The notes below the pieces were generated by a model. That model worked only from the letters and a program-made list of their open reading frames with translations. It made no database searches and was not told where the DNA came from. A DNA stretch of 39,245 nucleotides from a virus, in the IMG/VR virus record IMGVR_UViG_3300028835_000398, positions 1 through 39,245 of that record. One strand, given 5' to 3'. Numbering within the stretch: the stretch's first letter is position 1; each line of letters starts with the position of its first letter. This document shows, piece by piece, positions 1 through 8,491 of this stretch. The translations under genes were made by a program, and so were the position numbers.

Positions 1-144
1 TACCCTACTTTGTGAATACCTCAGGCACTACTACCGTAGCCAACCTTCTGGATGCACGAAGGATACAGTCCGACAACAAAGTTCCTGCTGCGATGAGGTA
101 TGCGGTGATGTCACCGCTCACCACAGCAGCGTTACTAGGTCTGG
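1..144. repeat. Terminal direct repeat, copy 1 (identical to 39102..39245); the contig closes into a 39,101-bp circle
   Basis: Bases 1-144 (TACCCTACTTTGTGAATACC...GTTACTAGGTCTGG) recur base for base at 39102-39245. The capsid reading frame stays continuous across the join. Confidence 0.95.
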
Positions 145-749
145 ACGCTTTCCGTGCTCTGGATAAGACAGGCACGACAAGGGGACTTCGGGAAGCCTCA
201 TTGGGCAGGATATTCCAGTATGACTTCTACGAGAACCAGAACATCAAGACCCACGCTATCGGCACAGGCTCAAGTCATATGGGAGCAGAGGTTGATGGCG
301 AGCACGCTGCAGGTGTAACCAGCGTCCTTATTGATGAGTTGACTGATGGATACATTTATTCAAAAGGCACGTTACTAACCATTACTGGCGAAGGGCAGCA
401 CGTTGTTGTCTCTCACGCCACAATTACTAGCAACGAAGCCTTATTCGTTCTCTATCCAGCCTTGAGGTCTACGGTTTCCGATGGTGACACGATTTCTATT
501 AACACAAGTGCCACGACCAGCAAGGACAACCTGATGTTCCACAAGAACGCATTTTCTCTGGTAACAGCACCGATTGAACCGCCTATGGGTGGAGCTAAGG
601 GTGAAACGGTCAGCTATAAGGGCATATCGCTGAACGTAGTTTATAGCTACGACCACGATAAGTTCCTGAATAAAATGACCATTTCCCTGCTCTGCGGTTT
701 CAAGACACTTACCCCCGAGCTTGCAGTAAGACTTCACGATGAAAGTTAA
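1..749 (+). CDS. Major capsid protein, P22/Sf6 coat-like, C-terminal part (gene starts at 38729 and wraps through the junction; 373 aa in total)
   Basis: Same frame as track ORF 12..749 and open from base 1. It continues 38729..39245 in frame through the 144-bp overlap. It lies directly after a scaffold-like gene. The C-terminus ...KMTISLLCGFKTLTPELAVRL resembles Sf6/P22 coat family ends. Confidence 0.85.
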   Translation, partial: PYFVNTSGTTTVANLLDARRIQSDNKVPAAMRYAVMSPLTTAALLGLDAFRALDKTGTTRGLREASLGRIFQYDFYENQNIKTHAIGTGSSHMGAEVDGEHAAGVTSVLIDELTDGYIYSKGTLLTITGEGQHVVVSHATITSNEALFVLYPALRSTVSDGDTISINTSATTSKDNLMFHKNAFSLVTAPIEPPMGGAKGETVSYKGISLNVVYSYDHDKFLNKMTISLLCGFKTLTPELAVRLHDES

Positions 750-765
750 AGGTTAAAGGAGTGAA

Positions 766-1206
766 ATGAAACGAACTGATTTGGCTTATGCAGCAGGTAT
801 AATTGATGGTGAAGGGTGGATAGGTATTGGAAGGAGAGGTGGGAAAAGGCACGATGCTTATTGCCGTGTAACTGTAGGGAATACTAGCGAGTGGCTTGTC
901 AAATGGCTACAATTCGCATTTGGTGGGTCAATCTCAATCTATAATAGAAATCCTGATAAGTGGAAACGGCAATACTTCTGGAATTTGAACGAGCATCAAA
1001 CCCTTGACTTCCTGAAAGCCATTTATCCATACCTGCGTATCAAAAGACCTCAAGCAGAAATAGCAATTCAGTTTATTGAAAATCGCTTTAAGAACCTCAA
1101 CCCAAAAGAACAAAGGCGTTGGAGTGTTAATGACAAGCAAAGGGCTGTTGAGGAAGCGACAAGAATAGTAATGTCAAATCTCAACAGCAAAGGCAACAAA
1201 CCCTAA
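766..1206 (+). CDS. LAGLIDADG homing endonuclease, free-standing, immediately downstream of the capsid gene
   Basis: N-terminal motif LAYAAGIIDGEGWIGI. AGGAG RBS upstream. Paralogous to 13996..14412, with shared blocks DEWL.KWL.FA.GGSI and PYLRIKRPQAEIAI. Confidence 0.85.
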   Translation: MKRTDLAYAAGIIDGEGWIGIGRRGGKRHDAYCRVTVGNTSEWLVKWLQFAFGGSISIYNRNPDKWKRQYFWNLNEHQTLDFLKAIYPYLRIKRPQAEIAIQFIENRFKNLNPKEQRRWSVNDKQRAVEEATRIVMSNLNSKGNKP

Positions 1207-1283
1207 CAAAATAAAGGTCGGAAGTTAGGAGGACTTAGCCTTCTCCTTTCTAACCAAAAAATATAAGGAGAAAGGAAAGGAAA

Positions 1284-2153
1284 TTGATTAGACTGTTACA
1301 TTTGTGGAACTCCTATATCACGACTGCGATAACCGCATCGGGCACTTCTATTGTGCTATCAAGCGTTACCGATATACCGACAGCCCCATTCCACGCCATA
1401 ATCGGAACTGGCAGTAATGAGGAGGAGGTAGTCAAGGTAACGGCTGTAACCACCGCCACTAAGACCCTTACTGTCGTCAGGGGACAGGCGGGCACTACGG
1501 GGGTAGCTCACGGTGATAATGCGTTGTTCCACCATTGCGAAATTGATGCTCGGATGATACACCTTGACGGGCTGACGGTGACTCTGGTTGGCACAGCAGG
1601 CTTGGTCGCCGTTTCGCTGACCGTCACCGATAACATTGTGGCTGCTTCTGGTCGTGGCATAGGTTTTTTCATTGACTATGTTATGAATGACACGAAAACA
1701 GGAAGCTACGGTGTGCGAACCACTCGTATAAACACGCAAATCTTGGGAGACGTTCCCAGCGTGCAGGTTGCCGACTGGTATATGCACACCATAGACGATA
1801 AGACCATCGGCTGGCTTCAAGGTCTTTCCCTATACTGGGAGGACTACGGAAATGTCGTCTCCGAGCTTGCTATGATTGACTTGGGGAAGGCTAGTGTTCA
1901 CGCTACACTTGGTAGGAACGCTTATATGCGCTTCCGTGAGCACGGCACTATTCAAGTTGGGAGCACCGTATTCTTGCTTGAAGGTTTGGGTTCAGCAGAG
2001 GACTTCCTGACGTTTGACTCGCCAGCAGCAGCCGAAAATGCGGGTGAAATCCTTGAGTCAGGGTCACACAGTGAGACTGCTGACTACCGTATCAAGTGTC
2101 GCCTGTTAGGTAATGGCGACATTGACCGCTATCTCTATCTATTCCCGATTTAA
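1284..2153 (+). CDS. Virion surface protein (head fibre/decoration or fibre-like) carrying a fibre-type N-terminal module
   Basis: 289-aa ORF with a TTG start after AAGGAG. The N-terminal ~70 aa (..PFHAIIG..EEVVKVTAV..TLTVVRGQAGTTGVAH) parallel the N-terminus of the 814-aa fibre-like protein at 3525. Confidence 0.55.
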   Translation: MIRLLHLWNSYITTAITASGTSIVLSSVTDIPTAPFHAIIGTGSNEEEVVKVTAVTTATKTLTVVRGQAGTTGVAHGDNALFHHCEIDARMIHLDGLTVTLVGTAGLVAVSLTVTDNIVAASGRGIGFFIDYVMNDTKTGSYGVRTTRINTQILGDVPSVQVADWYMHTIDDKTIGWLQGLSLYWEDYGNVVSELAMIDLGKASVHATLGRNAYMRFREHGTIQVGSTVFLLEGLGSAEDFLTFDSPAAAENAGEILESGSHSETADYRIKCRLLGNGDIDRYLYLFPI

Positions 2154-2168
2154 GAACTATAAGGCTTT

Positions 2169-2194
2169 GGGGGTGAGCCTTGAAAATCACCCCC
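2169..2194 (+). terminator. GC-rich hairpin GGGGGTGA-N10-TCACCCCC after gene 1284..2153 (possible attenuator or RNA-stabilising stem; no U tract)
   Basis: Perfect 8-bp inverted repeat at 2169-2176 and 2187-2194 in the 69-nt gap before the next gene. Confidence 0.35.
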
Positions 2195-2222
2195 ACAAAT
2201 AAACTCGGAAAGGAGTATAAAA

Positions 2223-2672
2223 ATGAAGCTGACCATACTTGAAAGGACGCAATTATTACAGGCTTTACCGCCTCAAGGGGACATATTGACGCTCAAAATA
2301 CTGCGTAAGTTACGTGAGACTCTGAGCTTTAGCGAGGAGGAGCTAAAGACGTTTGACACAAGGAAAGAATATGCTTGCCCCTTTACAGGTAATGACGCTG
2401 CTGGCAAACGTGAAATCTGCGATAACAAGGGCTTCTTTGTGTCAGAGCCTACCTGTGGCAAGCACGAGATTAAGATGATAGCTACTGGACAGATGAGCCT
2501 CTTTATACCACCAGAGTCGTTGAGCCTAGAGAAAGAGATACATCTGGGGGCAAAAGCTAGAGAGATAGCTTCTAATGCCTTAAAAAAGCTCAATGAAACC
2601 AAGCAGCTAACCGAAGCCCACGTAAGCCTCTACGAAAAGTTTTTCCCACCAGAGGAGGAGGAAAAAGAATAG
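2223..2672 (+). CDS. Hypothetical protein, late/structural module
   Basis: 149-aa ORF with ATG after AAGGAG, co-oriented and tightly packed with structural genes. No recognisable motif. Confidence 0.6.
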   Translation: MKLTILERTQLLQALPPQGDILTLKILRKLRETLSFSEEELKTFDTRKEYACPFTGNDAAGKREICDNKGFFVSEPTCGKHEIKMIATGQMSLFIPPESLSLEKEIHLGAKAREIASNALKKLNETKQLTEAHVSLYEKFFPPEEEEKE

Positions 2673-2684
2673 GGAGGTGGTATT

Positions 2685-2885
2685 ATGTGCCCAGTCAAGA
2701 TACGCAAGGTCAATGGGTATCAGGTAAGGACTGATGGTGTCAAGGCTAAAAGCACCACTAAGGCTAAAGCCGAAAGGCAGGCTAATCTTCTTCGGGCTGT
2801 AGAAAAATCTGATTGGCGACCTACAGGAGCTACAGCTAGGGACATTCGTGAGAGCAGAAAGGTAAAGAGCACAAGGCGGAGGTAG
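2685..2885 (+). CDS. Small basic hypothetical protein
   Basis: 66-aa Lys/Arg-rich ORF with GGGAGG RBS upstream. It fills the gap between flanking late genes. Confidence 0.5.
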   Translation: MCPVKIRKVNGYQVRTDGVKAKSTTKAKAERQANLLRAVEKSDWRPTGATARDIRESRKVKSTRRR

Positions 2886-2891
2886 ATAATA

Positions 2892-3509
2892 ATGGCTACT
2901 AGGTATCTGGATAGCACCCGTCAAGAGTGCATAACTATACTCAGGGACGAGACAGGAGTGGATTTCAAGCCAGATAATTTAGATGTGTATATCGGACACA
3001 TTCTGAGAGACCTGTCCAAAGCCCGTCCTTATGAAGTCAAGGAGACTGTAACACTAACTGCTGCTGGCAAAAATGAGGTCAGCATTGCCTCAATAGAGGA
3101 CTTGCTTGACATTGAGTATGCCGAATATCCCGTTGATAAAGACCCTAGAGTGCGAAGGAATGTCAGCGTGTTTGGCTCTATAGCTACCATAGACACCACG
3201 CAAAGACCAGCAGGTGACGAGAGTGCCTACCTATTCTGTAACAAGCTCCATACATTAACCGAGAGCCAAAGCACCTTAACCCCAGATATGGAAGATGTTT
3301 TGGTTACTGGTGTGGTGGCTGAGGCAGCAATAGCTCTAGCCCGAAGCCAGATAAACAAGGTCAGCGTTGGTGGGACAAAGACCCCCACTGAAATACAGAG
3401 TTGGGGTCTCAACAAAAGGCTGGAATACCGAAGCCAAAAGAGAGCTATCGCTAAGCAAAGGCGAACTCAGTTTTACCCGACAGCTACAATAGGTAGTGAT
3501 GTAATATAA
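2892..3509 (+). CDS. Putative head-tail adaptor/connector protein
   Basis: 205-aa ORF located between head genes and the fibre gene. The assignment is by position and size only. Confidence 0.35.
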   Translation: MATRYLDSTRQECITILRDETGVDFKPDNLDVYIGHILRDLSKARPYEVKETVTLTAAGKNEVSIASIEDLLDIEYAEYPVDKDPRVRRNVSVFGSIATIDTTQRPAGDESAYLFCNKLHTLTESQSTLTPDMEDVLVTGVVAEAAIALARSQINKVSVGGTKTPTEIQSWGLNKRLEYRSQKRAIAKQRRTQFYPTATIGSDVI

Positions 3510-3524
3510 CGAGGTAATATAACG

Positions 3525-5969
3525 ATGGTTACGACATTCTTAGAGCTAAAGAATGATGCTTACAGTAAGTTAGCTGCTGCTTTAACAAATGTCGGCACTA
3601 ACCTTGAAGTAACTGCTGGGGAAGGTGCTAACTTCCCGACTTCATATCCCTTCCATCTGACCTGTGAAGGTGAGATTGTTTCTGTTACTGCCTCTCCGTC
3701 AACAGATAATTTTACTATTGTCCGAGCACAACAAGGCACATCAGCAGCAGCCCACGCTATCGGAATTACGATTGACCTTAATATAACAGCAAAGTCCGTC
3801 TCCGACCTTAATACAGCCGTCAATACGATTGAGGATAGCTATATCCATAAGGACGGCTCAGTAGCTTTCACTGGCACTCAGAGCTTTAATGCTCCTGTAA
3901 TAATGACTAGCAGCCTTAGCGTAGCTGGGGCTACTGACTTTGGTGCTCCTGTAACAATGAGTAGTAGTCTTGGCGTAGCTGGTGCTGCTGCCTTCGGCGC
4001 ACCTGCTACCTTTAGTAGCAGTCTTGGCGTGGCTGGCACTACGAGTCTAAATGTTACTCTTATATATAGCTCATTGGGCGTAGCTGGTGCTGTTACTCTT
4101 GGTCAATCATTAGCTCTCCAAGACGACCAATTCATAACCTTTGGTGGTGTAGCTTCTCTAGGTTGGGAGACTGCCGATGCCGATGTCAACCTTCTTGTCC
4201 TAGCCCTACCTGATGGTGGTGCGGTTGATAGCCCGACTCTAATGATTGGCGACCAATCTGTTCTAAACTTTGACTTGGGCACTATCATAGACCTTGCTGC
4301 CCTTAACGAGCCAAATATAATCGTAGTTGACGCTGATGCCGATAGCTACCTTTCTTTCGGTTATCATTCTGACGATACGCCACATATCCATACGAATAGA
4401 ACATTCAGGCTAGAAGTTTCTGGTGATACTGACGACTACTTTAAGTTTTTGACTGATACTGGTGTCCCGACTATCTTTGCTACAGGCTCTTACCTTCGCA
4501 TAGGCGATGTTAAGTTTACCCAACATTCCCTTGATGCTGAGGATGATTTGATGGTGAGCGGTAAATTTGAAGTTAGTGGTGTTAGTTTCTTTGACGAACC
4601 TGTAACCATATCTCCCATTGCTGCTGCCGACTCCCATCTTATTATAAGCGGAACAGCAAAACTTAATACCGATAAACAGGCTCTTTATATTAACTTTCCT
4701 AGTGAGACGGTTGCTGCCAATGCTATCTGGGTTTCTCTCAAGTCAACAGTTACCAGTGGGGATTTAACTGGTATCAGGTCAAGAGTATATGCCAACGCTG
4801 CCAGTAATGGAGCTAATGTCAGGGGCGGTTACTTTGAGGCTAAGATGGGGGCAGTTTCCAAATATGCTGCTATGCTTGAAGGTGCTTTAATTCACGCTGA
4901 TTACTCTGCTGGAAGTGCGACAATATCGGGTGATGTTCGTGGTCTTACAGTTCATATAAGTCAAGGAACTGGACTTAGTGCTGCCAACCTCTATGGCATA
5001 CTACTTAGTATCCAGACGAGAGGTAACGAGAGTATAGGCACTGACGATGTGGGGCTACTGATAAGGAATGAGGCAGTTGGTGGTAATGGCAGAACAATGG
5101 GTGCTGCCATTAAAATTACTGACCTCAATATGGGTGGGGGAATTAGCGGTTTTACCTATGATATTATATTTCAAGGCGGAGCTACCCTAGTTGATGATGG
5201 GACTGAGCTAATCTTAGCTGGTTCTACATTAAAGGTTGGCGGTATAGCATCTAGCGAAAACGAGTCTTTATGGAGGAGTCTTGATAGTGGTGTTCTCATT
5301 CTTCGTGGCGGAACTGTCGCATCAGGACACGGTGCTAAGTTTTTCCTGACTGGAATTACCCACTCTCAAACGGGTGCGTTCAGAGTTTTCACACCTAATG
5401 CTGCTGGGGATGCCGATACCGTTAGGCTGATCTTTTCAGGGAAAGCAGCTACCGCTCTGGTTACTTGGTCAGCCTGCACTCATACAGGGCTAGTCCTTAG
5501 TGGTGCTTTAGATGTTGCGGGGCAATATCTCTCACTCACAGAGAGGGCTGCTCCGGGAGCAGGTGCAGCCAACACAGTCAGAGTCTATGCCTTTGAGGGT
5601 GCTGGCGATGCCTTAACTGACCTCTGTGCTGTTTTTCAGGATGGTTCAATAGATGTATTTGCTCAAGAAACCACTCCGTTAGATGCTCCTATATTTACTT
5701 ATCCCTCTAAGACTGAGGCAAAACTATTACTGCGGAAGGAACACTCTGGTCTTGTTAAGATGGTGGCAGTATTCCCAAACGGCAAGGAGTTTACCTTAAA
5801 GCACATAGAATATCACGACCCCGAAAAGATAGCAGCGAATATCGGAGCAGAAAGCCCGTTACCCGATGGGTGGTTGGTTGAAGATGCTGAACAGCGTGCT
5901 GCTAGGCTTGAGGTTGAGGAGGCGGAAAGATTGGTTAAAATAAGAGAACTTGAGGAAGTAGCACTATAA
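3525..5969 (+). CDS. Tail fibre / tailspike-like protein
   Basis: 814 aa. Fibre-type N-terminal module (NFPTSYPFHL..EIVSVTA..FTIVRAQQGTSAAAH). Four tandem 18-aa repeats (SSLGVAG..FGAP). A long Gly/Ala/Thr/Ser-rich region looks beta-helix-like. The C-terminal tail is coiled-coil (AARLEVEEAERLVKIRELEE). Confidence 0.7.
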   Translation: MVTTFLELKNDAYSKLAAALTNVGTNLEVTAGEGANFPTSYPFHLTCEGEIVSVTASPSTDNFTIVRAQQGTSAAAHAIGITIDLNITAKSVSDLNTAVNTIEDSYIHKDGSVAFTGTQSFNAPVIMTSSLSVAGATDFGAPVTMSSSLGVAGAAAFGAPATFSSSLGVAGTTSLNVTLIYSSLGVAGAVTLGQSLALQDDQFITFGGVASLGWETADADVNLLVLALPDGGAVDSPTLMIGDQSVLNFDLGTIIDLAALNEPNIIVVDADADSYLSFGYHSDDTPHIHTNRTFRLEVSGDTDDYFKFLTDTGVPTIFATGSYLRIGDVKFTQHSLDAEDDLMVSGKFEVSGVSFFDEPVTISPIAAADSHLIISGTAKLNTDKQALYINFPSETVAANAIWVSLKSTVTSGDLTGIRSRVYANAASNGANVRGGYFEAKMGAVSKYAAMLEGALIHADYSAGSATISGDVRGLTVHISQGTGLSAANLYGILLSIQTRGNESIGTDDVGLLIRNEAVGGNGRTMGAAIKITDLNMGGGISGFTYDIIFQGGATLVDDGTELILAGSTLKVGGIASSENESLWRSLDSGVLILRGGTVASGHGAKFFLTGITHSQTGAFRVFTPNAAGDADTVRLIFSGKAATALVTWSACTHTGLVLSGALDVAGQYLSLTERAAPGAGAANTVRVYAFEGAGDALTDLCAVFQDGSIDVFAQETTPLDAPIFTYPSKTEAKLLLRKEHSGLVKMVAVFPNGKEFTLKHIEYHDPEKIAANIGAESPLPDGWLVEDAEQRAARLEVEEAERLVKIRELEEVAL
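3885..4103 (+). repeat. Four tandem 54-nt (18-aa) repeats inside the fibre gene
   Basis: The units are FNAPVIMTSSLSVAGATD, FGAPVTMSSSLGVAGAAA, FGAPATFSSSLGVAGTTS and LNVTLIYSSLGVAGAVT. The DNA core AGTCTTGGCGTAGCTGG recurs. Confidence 0.85.
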
Positions 5970-5987
5970 CAGGAAGGAGCAATCAAA

Positions 5988-6425
5988 ATGTCTAAGGAAG
6001 ACGAAAGCAAAAAGGCAATAGAGGCGAAGGCTAAAAAGTTACTTGATTATCTTCCAAAGAGTGAGGATGAAAAAGGGGATGATGAACTCATTGGCAAGCT
6101 CATAGATAGAGATGGCAAAGTAAAAGTAGACCTCAAGATGCCCTCTATTTATCGGGATGAAATTATGGCGGAGCTTATGGTAGCAGCACTTACTAACTAT
6201 GAACGAGACCGACAAGCAATAAGGAGTGCCCGCAATTCTGGCGACAATCAACGTGCCGAGCTACTGTTTAAGCAAATGAGCTATAATCGCTTGCTTGTCG
6301 CTATTATTCAAGCCGAATATCCTAAAGTGAAGGCTTTGGCTGATGAAATTATGGAGGAAAAAGCCGTATTAGTTCAACGCAATCGGGCAATGGGCAGGGA
6401 ACTGGAAGGGAATAAAATTGACTAG
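5988..6425 (+). CDS. Hypothetical helical/charged protein (possible assembly factor)
   Basis: 145-aa ORF with ATG after GGAAGGAG, in the late operon. Confidence 0.55.
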   Translation: MSKEDESKKAIEAKAKKLLDYLPKSEDEKGDDELIGKLIDRDGKVKVDLKMPSIYRDEIMAELMVAALTNYERDRQAIRSARNSGDNQRAELLFKQMSYNRLLVAIIQAEYPKVKALADEIMEEKAVLVQRNRAMGRELEGNKID

Positions 6426-6624
6426 ACTTAACGAGATGCGTTTTGGTCAAAAATGGGCATTGTGGAATGGGTCTGCTGTAGCCGTCTCAGCAGGGCGGAT
6501 GCTTGAAGTTATCGCCTTCACAACTCAAAATAGGTTTATGAGAATAATAACTGCCCAGAACAAAGTGGGAAGGGTTATTACGGCAATGAACCGCAAAGTA
6601 AAGGTTTTCATTGCAGGAGGCTAA
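6418..6624 (+). CDS. Hypothetical small protein
   Basis: 68-aa ORF with a TTG start overlapping the upstream stop; an internal ATG (MRFGQKW) is an alternative start. Confidence 0.35.
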   Translation: MTRLNEMRFGQKWALWNGSAVAVSAGRMLEVIAFTTQNRFMRIITAQNKVGRVITAMNRKVKVFIAGG

Positions 6625-6626
6625 AT

Positions 6627-6926
6627 ATGACCATTGAGGTAATAACCGAATTTCTTAGGCTGGCGACAGTCAGGGTCAGGGCTTCTATTTATGATGATGA
6701 TGGGGCACTCGTTAATCCTACTACCTCAATTACTATAGATATATGGGATAGTGAAGGCACAAAACAGGAAGATGGAACAGCTATGGACTCTGTTAGCACA
6801 GGCATCTATGAGTTCTTTTATAACCTTGCTGCTGATAGCGTGGCTGGCAACTGGCGTGGTATCGTCTGGGTAGTTGACGGCACTAAAACGAGTGAGTTTA
6901 GCTTCGGTTTTAAGGTAAAGGTCTAG
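6627..6926 (+). CDS. Small beta-rich structural protein (Ig-like or beta-sandwich suspected)
   Basis: 99-aa ORF with GGAGG RBS. Its stop overlaps the next start. The composition suggests alternating beta-strands (GIYEFFYNLAADSVAGNWRGIVWVVDG). Confidence 0.5.
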   Translation: MTIEVITEFLRLATVRVRASIYDDDGALVNPTTSITIDIWDSEGTKQEDGTAMDSVSTGIYEFFYNLAADSVAGNWRGIVWVVDGTKTSEFSFGFKVKV

Positions 6927-8491
6927 TGAGGTCTCTCACCAGCACACTCCTAGCTGAGCAAAAGAAGGGGCTGCGAAACCCCTTATGGAAGATAGCCCTC
7001 AGCAACAACGGCTCTAGCTACACCTATGAGAAAGACAGGGTTAAGGTTATATACCACATAGAGAGTGAGACTAAGGGCTTAGCTCAGGTCTTACTTGATA
7101 ATACGGACAAGACCTTTACCAGCCTGAACTTGATGGGCTTTCAGGGGATTATCAGCTACGGTATGGTTACTTCTGCTGGTGATGAGTATTCCCCAACCGC
7201 TCCGCTCTGGGTGTTGACCCAGCAAACATTCTCACTTGGGTCAGGCGACCTCTATTGTCAGTTAAACTTGGGTGGATTATTGAACCTGCTCAATGCTGAC
7301 AAGGGAGAGTCCAGATACGAGCCTGATAGTAGCGACACGAATACTATCAAGGATTTAATTAGTGCCATCTGTGGTGCTACCCTAGCACCATACACCAATT
7401 ACACGGCAATCACGGTTACTTATGATAGCGAGGACTCAATAATTGATAGCTTCCAGCCCAAAGATTACTTCCGAGTAAATCTAAATGAGAGTCGCCTGAG
7501 TGCTATCAAGCGACTGCTGGGCTGGACAGGCTGCGTGATGAGGGTAGAGGATGATGGGGCATTGCATATCCTTGTCCCTAGAGTAGAAACGTCTACGGCT
7601 TGGCAGGCATCTACCCCTTATTCTCTCCGTGATGAGGTCGTTCCCACAACCGCCACTGGCTATATCTACGTCTGCACTACGGCAGGCACATCAGGGGGGT
7701 CAGAGCCCACTTGGGCTACAGGGACAGGGGACAAGATAAGCGATGGTGGGGTGGTCTGGACGGTAGCATATGATTACCAGTATGAGCTAGCCACTGACGA
7801 TGCGGGCAAGCACACTTTCTTTGATAAGAGCTATAGAGAGCGTATAGTTACACCGAACTACATAACCGTCAAATCACATTCTAGCCACGCTGAGCAATTT
7901 TCAGGCAACGCTCAAGTGAGTGGCTACGCCTCATTGCCAGCAAAACTAAAGAAACGGCAGACCTATGAACTCAGAATATCTAGTAATGCACAGGGGACAT
8001 CAATAGCCCAAGCGATAGTCTCCAAGCTAGAAATAGACGCTCAGCGAGGCTCTGGTAGAGTGCCTATGAATGTCGGGGCAGAGGTTTATGACTTTAATTA
8101 CCTGATAGATGAGCGTGAGGGCGATGCAAGGAACGGTATCGTAAAACAGATTAGTAGGCATTGCAACGCTAACCAGCGACAATTTGAAATGGATATGAGC
8201 TTCGGCTTGCTGGCTGAAAGCCCGACTACATTTATGATGCCAACCGACCTGACCACCGCCGCCGACTATACCACGATGGATTTCGGGCTTTTAGTAGACC
8301 AGATGATGCACTTGCAGGAGCAAATCAATACCCTCTGGGACGCTTGGAGTAACCAATACGAAATTTTAGTTGGCATCCTATCGTATCTGCAAACGCTGAA
8401 CCTTGATAAAGAAAGTGCTAAGATTACGGAACTAACGGTTGAGAAGCTATATGTTACCGTTGAACTTCAAATACCTTCAGAGGCAGCCTAA
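6926..8491 (+). CDS. Tail structural protein (hub/nozzle-sized) with an inserted TSGxxEPTW module
   Basis: 521-aa ORF with a GTG start overlapping the upstream stop. It contains GYIYVCTTAGTSGGSEPTWATGTGDKISDGGVVWTV, a motif I recall from phage fibre and tail proteins. Confidence 0.55.
   Translation: MRSLTSTLLAEQKKGLRNPLWKIALSNNGSSYTYEKDRVKVIYHIESETKGLAQVLLDNTDKTFTSLNLMGFQGIISYGMVTSAGDEYSPTAPLWVLTQQTFSLGSGDLYCQLNLGGLLNLLNADKGESRYEPDSSDTNTIKDLISAICGATLAPYTNYTAITVTYDSEDSIIDSFQPKDYFRVNLNESRLSAIKRLLGWTGCVMRVEDDGALHILVPRVETSTAWQASTPYSLRDEVVPTTATGYIYVCTTAGTSGGSEPTWATGTGDKISDGGVVWTVAYDYQYELATDDAGKHTFFDKSYRERIVTPNYITVKSHSSHAEQFSGNAQVSGYASLPAKLKKRQTYELRISSNAQGTSIAQAIVSKLEIDAQRGSGRVPMNVGAEVYDFNYLIDEREGDARNGIVKQISRHCNANQRQFEMDMSFGLLAESPTTFMMPTDLTTAADYTTMDFGLLVDQMMHLQEQINTLWDAWSNQYEILVGILSYLQTLNLDKESAKITELTVEKLYVTVELQIPSEAA

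Noticed and set aside
749-1284. A group I intron or intein context for the LAGLIDADG gene after the capsid gene
   Set aside because: The capsid ORF terminates normally, with a family-like C-terminus, 17 nt before the endonuclease gene. The next gene starts afresh with its own RBS. No split host gene is visible. A covariance-model search was not possible, so this stays a low-probability alternative.
5988-6624. A programmed frameshift joining 5988..6425 and 6418..6624 (chaperone-like G/GT pair)
   Set aside because: There is no X XXY YYZ slippery heptamer at the overlap (GGGAATAAAATTGAC). The genome also has no tape-measure gene for such chaperones to serve.
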